The notes beneath the pieces were generated by a model that saw nothing but the letters and a program-made list of their open reading frames with translations, ran no database searches and was not told where the DNA came from. From Camelus ferus (Eukaryota): a DNA stretch of 64,000 nt. The DNA lies in contig NC_045716.1 in assembly GCF_009834535.1 (NCBI RefSeq), positions 21,948,001 to 22,012,000 on the forward strand. The letters run 5' to 3'. Below, piece by piece: positions 54,376 through 64,000 of this stretch (position 1 is the first letter of the stretch; the number at the start of each line of letters is the position of its first letter). A program made the position numbers and the translations under genes.

Positions 54376-55335
54376 ATCTAGGGAGATGCTATACCACCGT
54401 GGCAAAGTTTGCAGGCTTTGAGGTCAGATTATCTGGGGTGTGCCTCAGTTTCCTCATTTGTGAAATGGAGCTAATAATAGTACCCACTTCATATGGTGAC
54501 TGTGAAGACTAAATGAGATTACAGACAGAAAGTACTCATTAAGTGTCTGGCACAGAGTAATCAATAAATGAAATGAATGTCAGCTGCTAAGACCATCCCT
54601 CTCTGCCCCTTCCTACACCCGTACCCAGGAAGGTGAAGTTACTAAGCACCCAGCTTTGAGTCAGACGGGACAGCTCTGCTACTTCCTACCTGCATGACCT
54701 GGGCAACTTACTTACCTTTTACCTTCTCTCTGCTTTGTTTCCTCATTCATACATGGGGATATAAAAGTACCTACTGCACCCTGTTGTGAAAATTAAACAG
54801 GCAGTGTCACACAAGGCATGACATACAATAGCCACTCAATGAATGTTTAATCTGCTGCTGATTATTATTATAACATTATATTTATTATCTGGCCTTATGT
54901 GCTGTAAGGCAAACCCCTTCTCATTATCTTTCCCCCTCAAGATTTTCTGGGAGTGGCAATCTTCCAGGGCCAGGTCTACTGTGGGTGAATAAGATAGAAT
55001 TTCTGGATCTGGAAAGCTGATGTCTGGCCCTTGAACTGTGCTGAAAGTCACTGACTAGTGAGGTCTTGAGTGGGCAACCTACAGGATTTTTGGGGGAAAT
55101 GGGGGAGGCAGTGGAGGTGAGCCTTTGAAGTTCATATAGCAGGTTTTAAAATATATTTTTATTTTGCCTTAACTTTGACTTTAACAAAGGAAGTTTTGCA
55201 GTTTTAAAAGCCAACTAGTTCAATAAGGCATTTAATGAAAAATATCACCCTCTGCTCCATTCTGCGAATCCCTACACACACCCTCCTCCATAAACCACTC
55301 TCAAGTTTCTTGGTTGCTTCTTTTGGTGCTTACCC

Positions 55336-55374
55336 CTCTCTCTGTCTCTCTCTCTCTCTATATATATATATATA
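55336..55374. repeat. Compound (CT)n(AT)n microsatellite
   Basis: CTCTCTCTGTCTCTCTCTCTCTCTATATATATATATATA; it forms the tail of the adjacent minus-strand SINE. Confidence 0.85.
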
Positions 55375-55450
55375 CATTTTTTTTAAAGGAAGGCACTGGG
55401 GATTGAACCCAGGACCTCAGTGTGCCAAGCACTGAGCTATACTCCCACTC
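55375..55450 (-). mobile_element. Internally deleted tRNA-Ala-derived SINE
   Basis: GGCACTGGGGATTGAACCCAGGACCTCAGTGTGCCAAGCACTGAGCTATACTCCC. Confidence 0.8.
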
Positions 55451-55814
55451 CCTCTATATTTCTAAATAATATGCTCATATTATGATTTCTTTTTTCTATT
55501 TTAAATATAATCAATTGACTGCCTGCCATGGAAGATGGATAGATCTCTCTAATCCTACAGATCTAATCCTGTAGACCTTTCTAATCCTGACTCTCCTCAT
55601 ATACTCCCCTCCTCCACCCTATCAATTCAAATATATTCCAATTTTCAGTTAAATCAATACTCAGTGTTTACATCATTATGGCTGTGAAGATATTCTTCAC
55701 AGCTGAGTTATGCAGTGTTTGTACTAAGACTCTGTGAATCTGTAAAAACTACTTTTATTAATTAACATCAAGGACAAGGGGCTGAGAAACTTTGTTCTCT
55801 AAAATCAGTCACAA

Positions 55815-55959
55815 CTTTCCTTTTCTTGCGGGGGGAGGTAATTAAGTTTATTTATGTGTGTATGCATGTCTTTATTTATTTTAATGGCGGTACTGGGGAT
55901 TGAACCCAGGACCTCCTGCCTGCTAAGCATGCGCTCTACCACTGAGCTCTACCCTCCCC
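55815..55959 (-). mobile_element. tRNA-Ala-derived SINE
   Basis: GGGGGGAGGTAATTAAG...TACTGGGGATTGAACCCAGGACCTCCTGCCTGCTAAGCATGCGCTCTACCACTGAGCTCTACCCTCCCC. Confidence 0.9.
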
Positions 55960-55979
55960 ATCACAAACTTTTCTACCTG

Positions 55980-56450
55980 AAATCAATCAGTGAGAATGGA
56001 ACATCACAGCCTTGCCTGGAGGGCTGAGCCTTGATACAGAGAAGCAACCTTGATTTCCAACCTAGGTGCAAAGCTTCAGATATTGGGGTTTTGGACATAA
56101 CATTCTATGCTTATCTTAATTATGTAGTTATCTAGTTCATAATTACGTAAAATTAATTATCTTAAGTTTATAATTTTCAAGCAGACCCTCAGTTCACTTC
56201 TCAGTCCAGGCTGTTGTTAATCCCTTCACTTACATCAGTGCTTGCCTTGAACCTATCAGAACACTGCTTCACTTAAAAAGCACCTGAACTCAACCCTTTC
56301 TCATATCCTGTAATGACCTGGCTTTTTCCTTTGTTTGATGAGCAGCTGAACAGTTTCTCCTGTGTGTGTTCTCTCTTGTAGCAGCAAGTAAATAAACCTA
56401 AGTGTCCAACTACAGTTTATGTTCCTAGTGGTCTTTATCAGACAGGCTTT
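55980..56450 (+). mobile_element. Possible ERV LTR
   Basis: TTAAAAAG box, GTAAATAAACC poly(A)-like signal and TGTTCCTAGTGGTCTTT near the end. Termini and TSD not resolved. Confidence 0.4.
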
Positions 56451-57299
56451 TATCAATTCTCTTCCCTTTCTTTTATAACTCTTTGTTTTCCCTGAAGTTG
56501 ATAATTGCCTGACCTTTTCTTTTACTTGGTTTTCTATGTACCTATCATGAATTCATCCCACAAACTCTGAAAGATGTATACACACCTTCTCTTAATACCT
56601 TAAACACATCAGGTAATTTCTCTGTCCCCATAGTTTTTTCCCTTAAAGACACCCTCCCAGATCACTTCTTACCCTGGCTCCAAGCCGTGTTGGTGCCTTC
56701 CCTGAGTTTCTCTTTAAAATGTAACAGCCTAGGCCTCTCTCCCTTCTGAGTGAGACAGACTGCACTCTGTCTATGGAGTGTGAAAATCTACTTTTGCTTT
56801 AACAACCCCCACACTTCGTGGCCTCTCTGGCCTTCTGAAATGGCCTACACTCGGTCTATAGGTTGTGCATCTCTCTGAATAAATCTACTTTTACTCTAAA
56901 TAAAATATGACAACCTCTGTTCTAACACCTATCTCAGGACACCATGGTTAGTTGCCAATGCATCTGCTTTCCTGACTCCTGCTTTCCCCCCTCCATCCCA
57001 GGAGAGGCCGAATGTCTTGACATCTCTCTCTCTCTCCAAAGTCTATCGTGATGCCCAATAAACGTTCAACTAAGTGAATGAATAAAAGAATAAATACGTG
57101 AATGAATGAATAGGATTTCTGTGCAGAAGTGAGTTTAAGAGTAACGATATTACATCCCCACCTTGTTGCAAGGCTTAAGGGTGTCTTCAGGCTGTCTACA
57201 AGGCCCCATACCAGCTTGGAGCGGGTCCGGAGGGAGAGAAGCAGCACCGAAGCCCGTCGGGACCCAGGCCGCAGCTGCAGCAGAGCCGGCTGAGCACAG

Positions 57300-57449
57300 C
57301 CTAGGTCAAGACGGCGGCCGCGAGTTCGCCAGACGCCGCTCCAGGACTACAACTCCCAGAAGGCCGCGCAGCGGCGGAGTGCGAGCCGTGAAGGATTCCG
57401 GACGCTGACGTCGGAGCGGCGCCGGGCAGGGGAGACTCGGGGCCCAGAG
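57300..57449 (+). promoter_or_regulatory. DPM3 CpG-island promoter and non-coding exon 1
   Basis: ZNF143/THAP11-type ACTACAACTCCCAGAAGGC 57346-57364, CRE-like TGACGTCG 57406-57413, donor AG/GTAAGT at 57450. The acceptor at 57613-57614 opens the coding exon. Confidence 0.75.
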
Positions 57450-57619
57450 GTAAGTGTAGGTGGCGGGATAAGTGAGGAGGGCGGGAGCGGTGGAGGAGCG
57501 ACCCTGAGGTTAGGTGATACGGAGGTTGGATGAGGGAGGACAGGGAATGAGTCTCAGATAAAGAGCGGGTACCGGGGTGGTAAGGACCTCGAGCTCTGCT
57601 TCCTCTTCCCGCAGTGACC

Positions 57620-57898
57620 ATGACGAAATTAGCGCAGTGGCTGTGGGGACTGGCGCTCCTGGGCTCCACCTGGGCGGCCCTGACCATGGGCGCCCTGGGC
57701 CTGGAGCTGCCCGCATCTTGCCGGGAGGTCCTGTGGCCACTGCCCGCCTACTTGCTGGTGTCCGCAGGCTGCTATGCCCTGGGCACTGTGGGCTATCGCG
57801 TGGCTACTTTTCACGACTGCGAGGACGCCGCCCGTGAGCTGCAGAGCCAGATCCAGGAGGCCCGAGCCGACTTAACCCGTAGGGGGATGCGCTTCTGA
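57620..57898 (+). CDS. DPM3: Dolichol-phosphate mannosyltransferase subunit 3, 92 aa, single coding exon
   Basis: [22 protein letters not shown]...[37 protein letters not shown] at 57945-57950. Confidence 0.97.
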   Translation: MTKLAQWLWGLALLGSTWAALTMGALGLELPASCREVLWPLPAYLLVSAGCYALGTVGYRVATFHDCEDAARELQSQIQEARADLTRRGMRF

Positions 57899-58422
57899 CA
57901 CCCTAACCCCATCCCCACCCGGACAGCCCGCTCTCCCATTCCCCATTAAAAAGCCACTTTATTTTCTAGCTTTGTTTGGTTTGAGTATGGATGACGGGAA
58001 CTAGGGATTCTGTATACCAGCTGCTAAGTGAGAGGTAGACAAGCCACCTTCCTGAGGCTGTCTCAGCCTTTCTTTGCATTCTGCTTGTGCTTCCTCCATT
58101 TTGCTCCACAGAAGGCAAAGACCCCTTCTCAAGATCTCTCAGAATGGAAAAGTCAATTCACTTTCCTGGTCCTTTTAACTCTGTTAGGAAGTACTTCTTG
58201 AAGCCTAACTTTCATTCTTCATAACATCCAAGCTCTGTTCTCTGTAAGGCCTTCCTAGGTCTTTCCAACCTCTTGGTTCTTTCAAATACCTTTTCTTAGC
58301 CAGCTCGACCAGCCCAAGAGCAATTGTGGAACAGACAGTGCACCTCTACCCTTCACCAAACCAGGCAGGTTGAGTATCCCTGAATAAGAGAATGAGTCTT
58401 GATGGGCAGGGGTAGGAAACAG

Positions 58423-58428
58423 TTTATT
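58423..58428 (-). terminator. SLC50A1 poly(A) signal
   Basis: TTTATT on +, about 250 nt past the stop. Confidence 0.7.
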
Positions 58429-58675
58429 TTAAGGCACATTCTAAAGATTTCACCTCCACCTCCAAAATTAAAAAATAAAATATTGAAAAAAATAAAAGCA
58501 ATTCATTTCCCGGGTTCCATCCAATCTTCTAAGTAAAGCTCTTTCTTTAGTCCCTGGATTCTCAACACTGTCTCTTTTCCTTTACTAAAACCCACTGCAC
58601 CCCGTAGAGCTGGTCAGTAGGAACAGCTGAAATAAAGTTTCTTTGGTAACAGGTTGGTATTCAGGTTCCCAGAGG

Positions 58676-60726
58676 TCAGGTGAACTCCCTCAGGCTTGTA
58701 GAAACTGACAGTTCCTGTCTTGCTCTTGGAGAGTACTTCCAGAAAAGCCAGAGGCGAATGAAGCTGGTGAGGATTCCTGGAAGGTTGGGCACCTGAAATC
58801 ACAGGGGCTGATATGAGGAGAGGGGCTGATTTTCCACCTTGTACATCCTGTCACCCCATCCCCGTTCTGCTTACCACGATGTAGGGATCATTTAGTCGAA
58901 ACCCATAGAGGGTCCAGGAGGCAGAAGAGAGGAGGGTGGCAATGGTGAGTGAAAAGGAGAGACGTTGGGTTGATTTACTCTGAATAACCTTGGCCTATGG
59001 AAAAGGATGGAAGACAGTCCTAGCCCAAACACATAATAAAGCTCCCACCTTGCCTAAGAATTTCCTCAGGAGAAAGGTCAAACATCCTCCCTGATCTTCT
59101 GTGACCCAACCTTTCCCTCCTGCCTCCCACTCACCCAACTCTACTGCCCTGTCTCCCTCCAGGATTTGGATCTTCCTTTCTCTGGAGTGGAAGCTACAGT
59201 CTCTGGCTATGAAAGCCTGACCCTTATCTCCCCTACCTCCCTGGACACCCCCACTCACCAAGTCAGCCAGTGGTGAGAGGTACATACTGATCGTGAAGAC
59301 ACTGCAGAAGAGGCCCAGCTGCTGAAGCCGGGTCTCAAGATCAGGCACCAGGAGCCAGAAGTAGCCAAAACCCAGGACAAGGACCCCCAGCAGGATTGCA
59401 GTCTGAAGGAGCACGGCACGCTGCAGGGGAGAGCGCAGCCTTACTTCTGGATGTGCCAGGAGACCTCTCTAACCCTGCTGCTGGGGTTAATTCATCCTGC
59501 CCTCTCCCATGCTCCAGTGGGGTAGCCAGCCTTGGTCTAAGCCTCCAGTACTGCACTTGTCACAGCCTCTTTTCTGTCAGTGACTTGAGCACATGTCTGA
59601 TCTACCCACAACACTGGAGATTTCTAGGAGAGGGAAAGGTACCTTTTTTGTGGGAGCTTGCTACACAGAGTAGGCACTTAATGCTTGTGTGAATGGGGAA
59701 GCAGAGCTAATCCTCTCCCTCTGAGCCACTGGCCCTGGCTCTGAAGGAACTACGGAGACAAAGATCCCTTTCCACTTAGCTTGTTGGGCAGCAAAGCACC
59801 ATCAGGCAAGGCAGAGCTACCAGCCTTACCAGAACGGGAGATGGTATGTGAGGCTCAAAAGGCTGGTTTCATGGAGGAAGGAGGACTGCAAGCCTGGAGG
59901 GGTCTTCCAGGAAAAGGTGGCAGTGCCAGCCTGTTTATATACAGTCTTCTAGGAAGCAGTGTTTGCCTTGCCAGCAAGGCAGGGCAGGGCGTGCAGCAGA
60001 GAGGGAGGGCTTCTACCTTCCGATGGCAGTAGTGCAGATACACCAAGATATACAGAGTCTGAAGCACAGCACCCACGGCATTGACGACGATTAGCGTCCC
60101 ATTTCCCTTCAAGGCCCCATAACTCAGCCAGCTCAGGTTGCTGCAGGGTGGAGGGGAGGGACATTGGCCCGCTGGGTTGAGTGTGGGCGGGAGACCCGAG
60201 GGGCCTCGTCCGCATTCCTCCCCACCCCTCCCCGACCACCCTCAGCCTTTCCCGCCGCAGGCATTGCCCCCCTCACTTGACATCCGTGGTGAGAAATGGC
60301 AGGAACTGGACACTGTCCACGCTCCGTGTCATCCGCATGTGCTTGAGGTCCGAGCTGTGGGGCCCCGAAGGCAGGGGGAAAGGTGGAAAGGGAGAAGCAG
60401 GCTGCTAGGGCGTCGAGATCCCAGATGCCTGTCATTCTTCCCGGACAACTGCAGACCCCTGGCCCCGCCCTCATCTTCCTCGCCTTCTCCCTCAGGTCAA
60501 GTGACCTGTACCCGGCCCCCTCGATCAAATCCTACTTTGACCCTAGGTTCCGATTGCAGCCTGGGGCTGCAGCCACGTTTCAGTTCCCTGTCTCTCCTTT
60601 CCTGACTTTCTAGTCCTGCCCCAGCCCACCCCCTCCGCGCTCTCACAGGCCGGTGGAGAACATGCCGAGGGTGAAGAGCACGCAAGCTCCGGAAAGGAGC
60701 GAATCGGCCAATCCGCCCGCCTCCAT
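58676..60726 (-). CDS. SLC50A1: Sugar transporter SWEET1, 6 exons, 226 aa with a frameshifted C-terminal tail
   Basis: Exons 60647-60726, 60277-60354, 60017-60140, 59259-59420, 58875-58994, 58676-58792. MEAGGLADSLLSGACVLFTLGMFSTGL, QFLPFLTTDVNNLSWLSYG, SMYLSPLADL, DPYIVVPNLPG. Ends WKYSPRARQELSVSTSLREFT*. Confidence 0.95.
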
Positions 60727-61100
60727 CCCTCCCCGAGTCGGATCCCGCGCTCGGCGCGGGCGCCCGAGGCCTGCTTAGTAGGATCAGGAGCCCGGGAGGC
60801 AGGAGCCCCGCCCCAACGCGCTCCCGGCTCCGCCCCTGCGCGCTGGGCCGTCCCTCCGGAAACTGAACCGGAGCCCGGCCCACCCCTAGCACGTCAAGCC
60901 GGAACTCAGGCCCCGCCCCTGCCAGCCGGCTGTCGGCTCGCCAGGTTGCCGGGCTTCACGTGGCTGTTTTCTGGCCAGTTCCCTTCCTAGGGGTACGCAG
61001 ATTTGTCCCCTGCACCAGCCGCTCCACACACGTTGCTTACCCTTTAGATCACCTAGACCCCCGGCCAGTTAAACTCTCTTTCCCACAGGCCCGCGAGCCT
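60727..61100 (-). promoter_or_regulatory. SLC50A1 CpG-island promoter / 5' UTR
   Basis: CpG-rich, with GC boxes (CCCCGCCCC at ~60806 and ~60911) directly upstream of the ATG. Confidence 0.65.
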
Positions 61101-61799
61101 ACTTGGTAGAACTCAAAACAAAAGGTTACTAGGCGGACTTTAATACGCTTCCCATTCAGAGCCCCAGCTCAAAACTTAAGTTGCCCAGGGCGCCAGAGGC
61201 TTTTCCCAGTTTGCCGAAGCCTCTTTCCGGTCTCTTCCCTAAATAACAGGAATTGCCAGGAATCACCAAGTCTTTGTGAGACGCCCTCCCCCTTCGGCCA
61301 CACTGCCAACTTTCCGTGACTTGTCCAATCCACTGGCCAAAAGTGTATCACTGACCCCCTAGTCCAACCTACTTGCTGCTGGGAACTTTCCCTCCCAGCC
61401 TCCCACACGTCTCTGCTGGTGGGGCTGTGGGGGCGGGCCGCATGCCTCAGCTGGCGTTCCCCTGAGCGGCTGCCCTGACTCACCCAACAGCCTGAGTACC
61501 TGAACCAAAGCCCAGCGCTGTGAGGGTGGGAGTGAGACAGAGGTTGGACAGGAGGAACTTCCAGAGTGGGGTGCAGTCTAGAACAAGAGAGACTGCTGTG
61601 GGGGCTCTCCTGTCCTGAACAACCCTCAGAAGAGGAAACACACCACCCTTTTGGGCTAGGTATATGTTCTTCCCAGAGACAGAAAAAATTCGAACCCAGT
61701 TGCTACTAGTGTAGCACTGAGCCTAGCAAGTAGCAGATTCAATGATCATAAAATGGGATGAGGGGCAGAAAAGCATGTCAAAAGAACCAAACACATTGC

Positions 61800-61805
61800 T
61801 TTATT
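61800..61805 (-). terminator. EFNA1 poly(A) signal
   Basis: TTTATT on +, at the end of an ~800-nt 3' UTR. Confidence 0.75.
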
Positions 61806-62600
61806 TTGAGACAAAGAACATTGTATTAAAAACAAAAACAAAAACAACTCCAGTTATAGAAATCAGCACAGACACAGCAAGTTCCTATACAAGTTCTGTA
61901 CACATGGGCCCTGCCCTTCAGGCTGCACTCTACACACAGACTCTGTGCATGTGGGCACTGCCCTTACAGCTACACTCTAAGACCAGGTTGGCACAGCCCC
62001 CCTGCTGGCACAGCTCTGGGGAGTGCTGCCCCTGGATGGGAGAGGATGCAGTACGTGGCTACAACCTCTCTGTGGCAGCTCCACAGAAGAAAGTCTTGGG
62101 GGAGATGCTGGGTCAGCCCAAGCATGCTGCCTCTCCTGTCCCTGGCTCCCAAGCAGGCAACTGTCTCTTGGTTTTCCTTTAGTCAGTTCATCTGGTCATC
62201 CTGGCTCTCTCCGGGAGGGACATCTTTGCCAGGCTCAGTGTCCATCCGTGGGACCCCAAACCCCTTCCAGCTCAGCTCACAGTGCCCTTCTTAAGAGGTC
62301 ATATCTGCACAGCTTGTTTCTTTGGTTTAAGGGCAGGAATGGAGGGGAAAGGACCGTCTCCACTTCTCTGGCCAGCTCTCTGAGGTGGAGGTGGGGATGG
62401 CCCTGCCAGGCCTGCTAACCTCCTCTGGGTTGAAACCCTTAACACTGACCCGTATTGAGGCTGCCGGGTGGCAGCTTGTGCATGTAGTGGGAGTGGTTCC
62501 CAGGACTGGGGCTTTGGGAGGGGCCCCAGGCAGGTGAGGGAGGCCTACCCCTGCCTCCTCAGCCCAGTTCCAATCCTGATGCTAGACGTGGCGTACACCT

Positions 62601-63144
62601 TCATGGGGTCTGCAGCAGCAGGAATGGCAGGAGCAGCACAGCCCAGGCAAGTGGGAAGAGGCGGGGAGCGGCACTGTGACCGATGCTATGTAGAATCTGC
62701 ACCTCTGGGTCATCTGTAAGGTGAGAGGGCAAAGGCCCCCAGGGTTAGCCCTCAGCCCAATGAGGCTTCCCCAGCCCCTGGTGGCAAAGGAACCACCTCC
62801 TTTATGCAACCTCTTCAAGCAGACTCCCTTTTGTGCCCCAGGCCCAATTTGCTCCAGATACCTACCTGCTGGAAGTCTCTTCTCCTGTGGATTGGCATGG
62901 GCCTGAGGACTGTGAGCTGAAAGAAAAGGGTGGTCATAGGTCAGGTACTGTACCAAGGAGGCAGAGGGGTAGGAATGCTCGGTGAGCTGGGCAGTGGGAC
63001 TTCCCAACCATCCCAGATCACTAGACCAGGCCCAGGATAGAGGTGGAGGAAGGAGGCCCATAGGGCCCTGACACTCACTGATTTTGCCGTTAACTGTCAC
63101 TTTCAACCTCAAGCACTGGTCTTCCTGGTGGTGAATGGGTTTGG
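62601..63144 (-). CDS. EFNA1: Ephrin-A1, last three coding exons (5' exons lie beyond the window)
   Basis: Exons 63079-63144 (KPIHHQEDQCLRLKVTVNGKI), 62866-62916 (HSPQAHANPQEKRLPA), 62601-62713 (DDPEVQILHSIGHSAAPRLFPLAWAVLLLPFLLLQTP*, GPI signal). Confidence 0.95.
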
Positions 63145-63523
63145 CTACAAAATAAATTCCGAGTGTAAAGGAAGGAAACTTTGTTGGAAGAAAATGTAAG
63201 TGCAAATGCCTGAGGCCCTGCTTTTCCAGTTCCTGCTCATTTTAATCCCTCTCCTCCCTCTACTCTTTGATTCTCACTTTCATTAGTTTTTACCCACTTT
63301 CTGCACCAAGTTCAACCCAAGCACCCATTCTTTGGAATAACCCTTGGCTTTGAAGATGGTGGTAAAAAGAATATAGACACTGTCCGCTCCCCACAGTCCT
63401 CCCAGCAGGAAGTTGGGGGCAGCCTGCACAATATGCTCCCCTTCCCGAACCACTTTGTACTCACCCTGCCTAAGCCCCACTGACAGGGTGAGGCCTGGAT
63501 CCATTCTATACAAAGCTGATCTT

Positions 63524-63645
63524 AAAAATCCACCAGTAGGAGGGTGGGAATAGCTCAGTGGTAGAGCACATGCTTAGCATACATGAGGTCCTGGGTTCAA
63601 TCCCCAGTACCTTCATTTAAAAAAAAAAAAAAAAAATCCACCAGT
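63524..63645 (+). mobile_element. tRNA-Ala-derived SINE with perfect 14-bp TSD in EFNA1 intron 2
   Basis: AAAAATCCACCAGT at 63524-63537 and 63632-63645. Insertion at CTT/AAAA, the L1 endonuclease consensus. Confidence 0.92.
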
Positions 63646-64000
63646 GGCTCTCTACTGCCCTCAGGCAGGATAAAGTCCAAACTTCTTAGCACTTCTTAGG
63701 CCACGATGCTCTACCCCTATCTACCTCTCCAAGCTCCTATATCCCTACTTCCAAGTGTCCCTCCTGCTCCAGCCAGGCTGAACCATGTGGAGCTCTCTGA
63801 AGATGTCATGCTCTCTTTATACATGCCCCACCTCCTGGCCAACTCCTCTGGCTGTCCTAAGCTCTCAGGTCATCTTCCCCAGGAAGCCTTCTATGAGCGC
63901 CCCTAGACTGGCAGTTACCCAAGTCATTTTCTCAGGGCCCCCAAGCTCATATCCACCATCTCACCCTGTTCTAATGATGTGTTAATCTATGTGTGTCCCT

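Noticed and set aside
57614-57619. ORF-track start for DPM3 at 57614
   Set aside because: That GTG overlaps the splice acceptor AG (57613-57614); the first ATG in the exon is at 57620.
62582-63513. 207-aa ORF 62582..63205 and 76-aa ORF 63283..63513 as EFNA1 exon 2 or a new gene
   Set aside because: The first is intron read-through linking EFNA1 exons 3 and 4. The second has no ephrin-domain similarity; exon 2 must lie beyond the window.

Overview
Mammalian genomic DNA, syntenic with the human 1q22 gene cluster but in reverse orientation. Gene order: GBA1(+), MTX1(-), THBS3(+), [MIR92B(-), inferred under an N-run], MUC1(+), TRIM46(-), KRTCAP2(+), DPM3(+), SLC50A1(-), and the last three coding exons of EFNA1(-). 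I placed exons by hand from GT/AG boundaries and reading-frame continuity; summed CDS lengths are 536 aa (GBA1), 317 (MTX1), 956 (THBS3), 385 (MUC1), 759 (TRIM46), 136 (KRTCAP2), 92 (DPM3) and 226 (SLC50A1). Lengths for MTX1, THBS3 and TRIM46 assume human sizes for masked exons. About ten copies of a tRNA-Ala(AGC)-derived SINE plus an artiodactyl-type L1 suggest a camelid (inference). There is no GBAP1/MTX1P duplication. Eleven N-runs hide parts of exons and other sequence; two testable runs match the expected length exactly, so they look like masking. Most notable departures from the human orthologues (human sequences recalled from memory, not aligned): MUC1 exon 2 has no 60-bp VNTR and its CQC motif reads CHW; SLC50A1 has a +1 frameshift that replaces its C-terminal tail; the long N-terminal frames of MTX1, KRTCAP2 and DPM3 are each closed; GBA1 has lost its second leader Met and has a candidate uORF. 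Also visible: an antisense promoter with RFX X-boxes upstream of the presumed miR-92b, and a U12-type intron in KRTCAP2. No prokaryotic features or CRISPR arrays.
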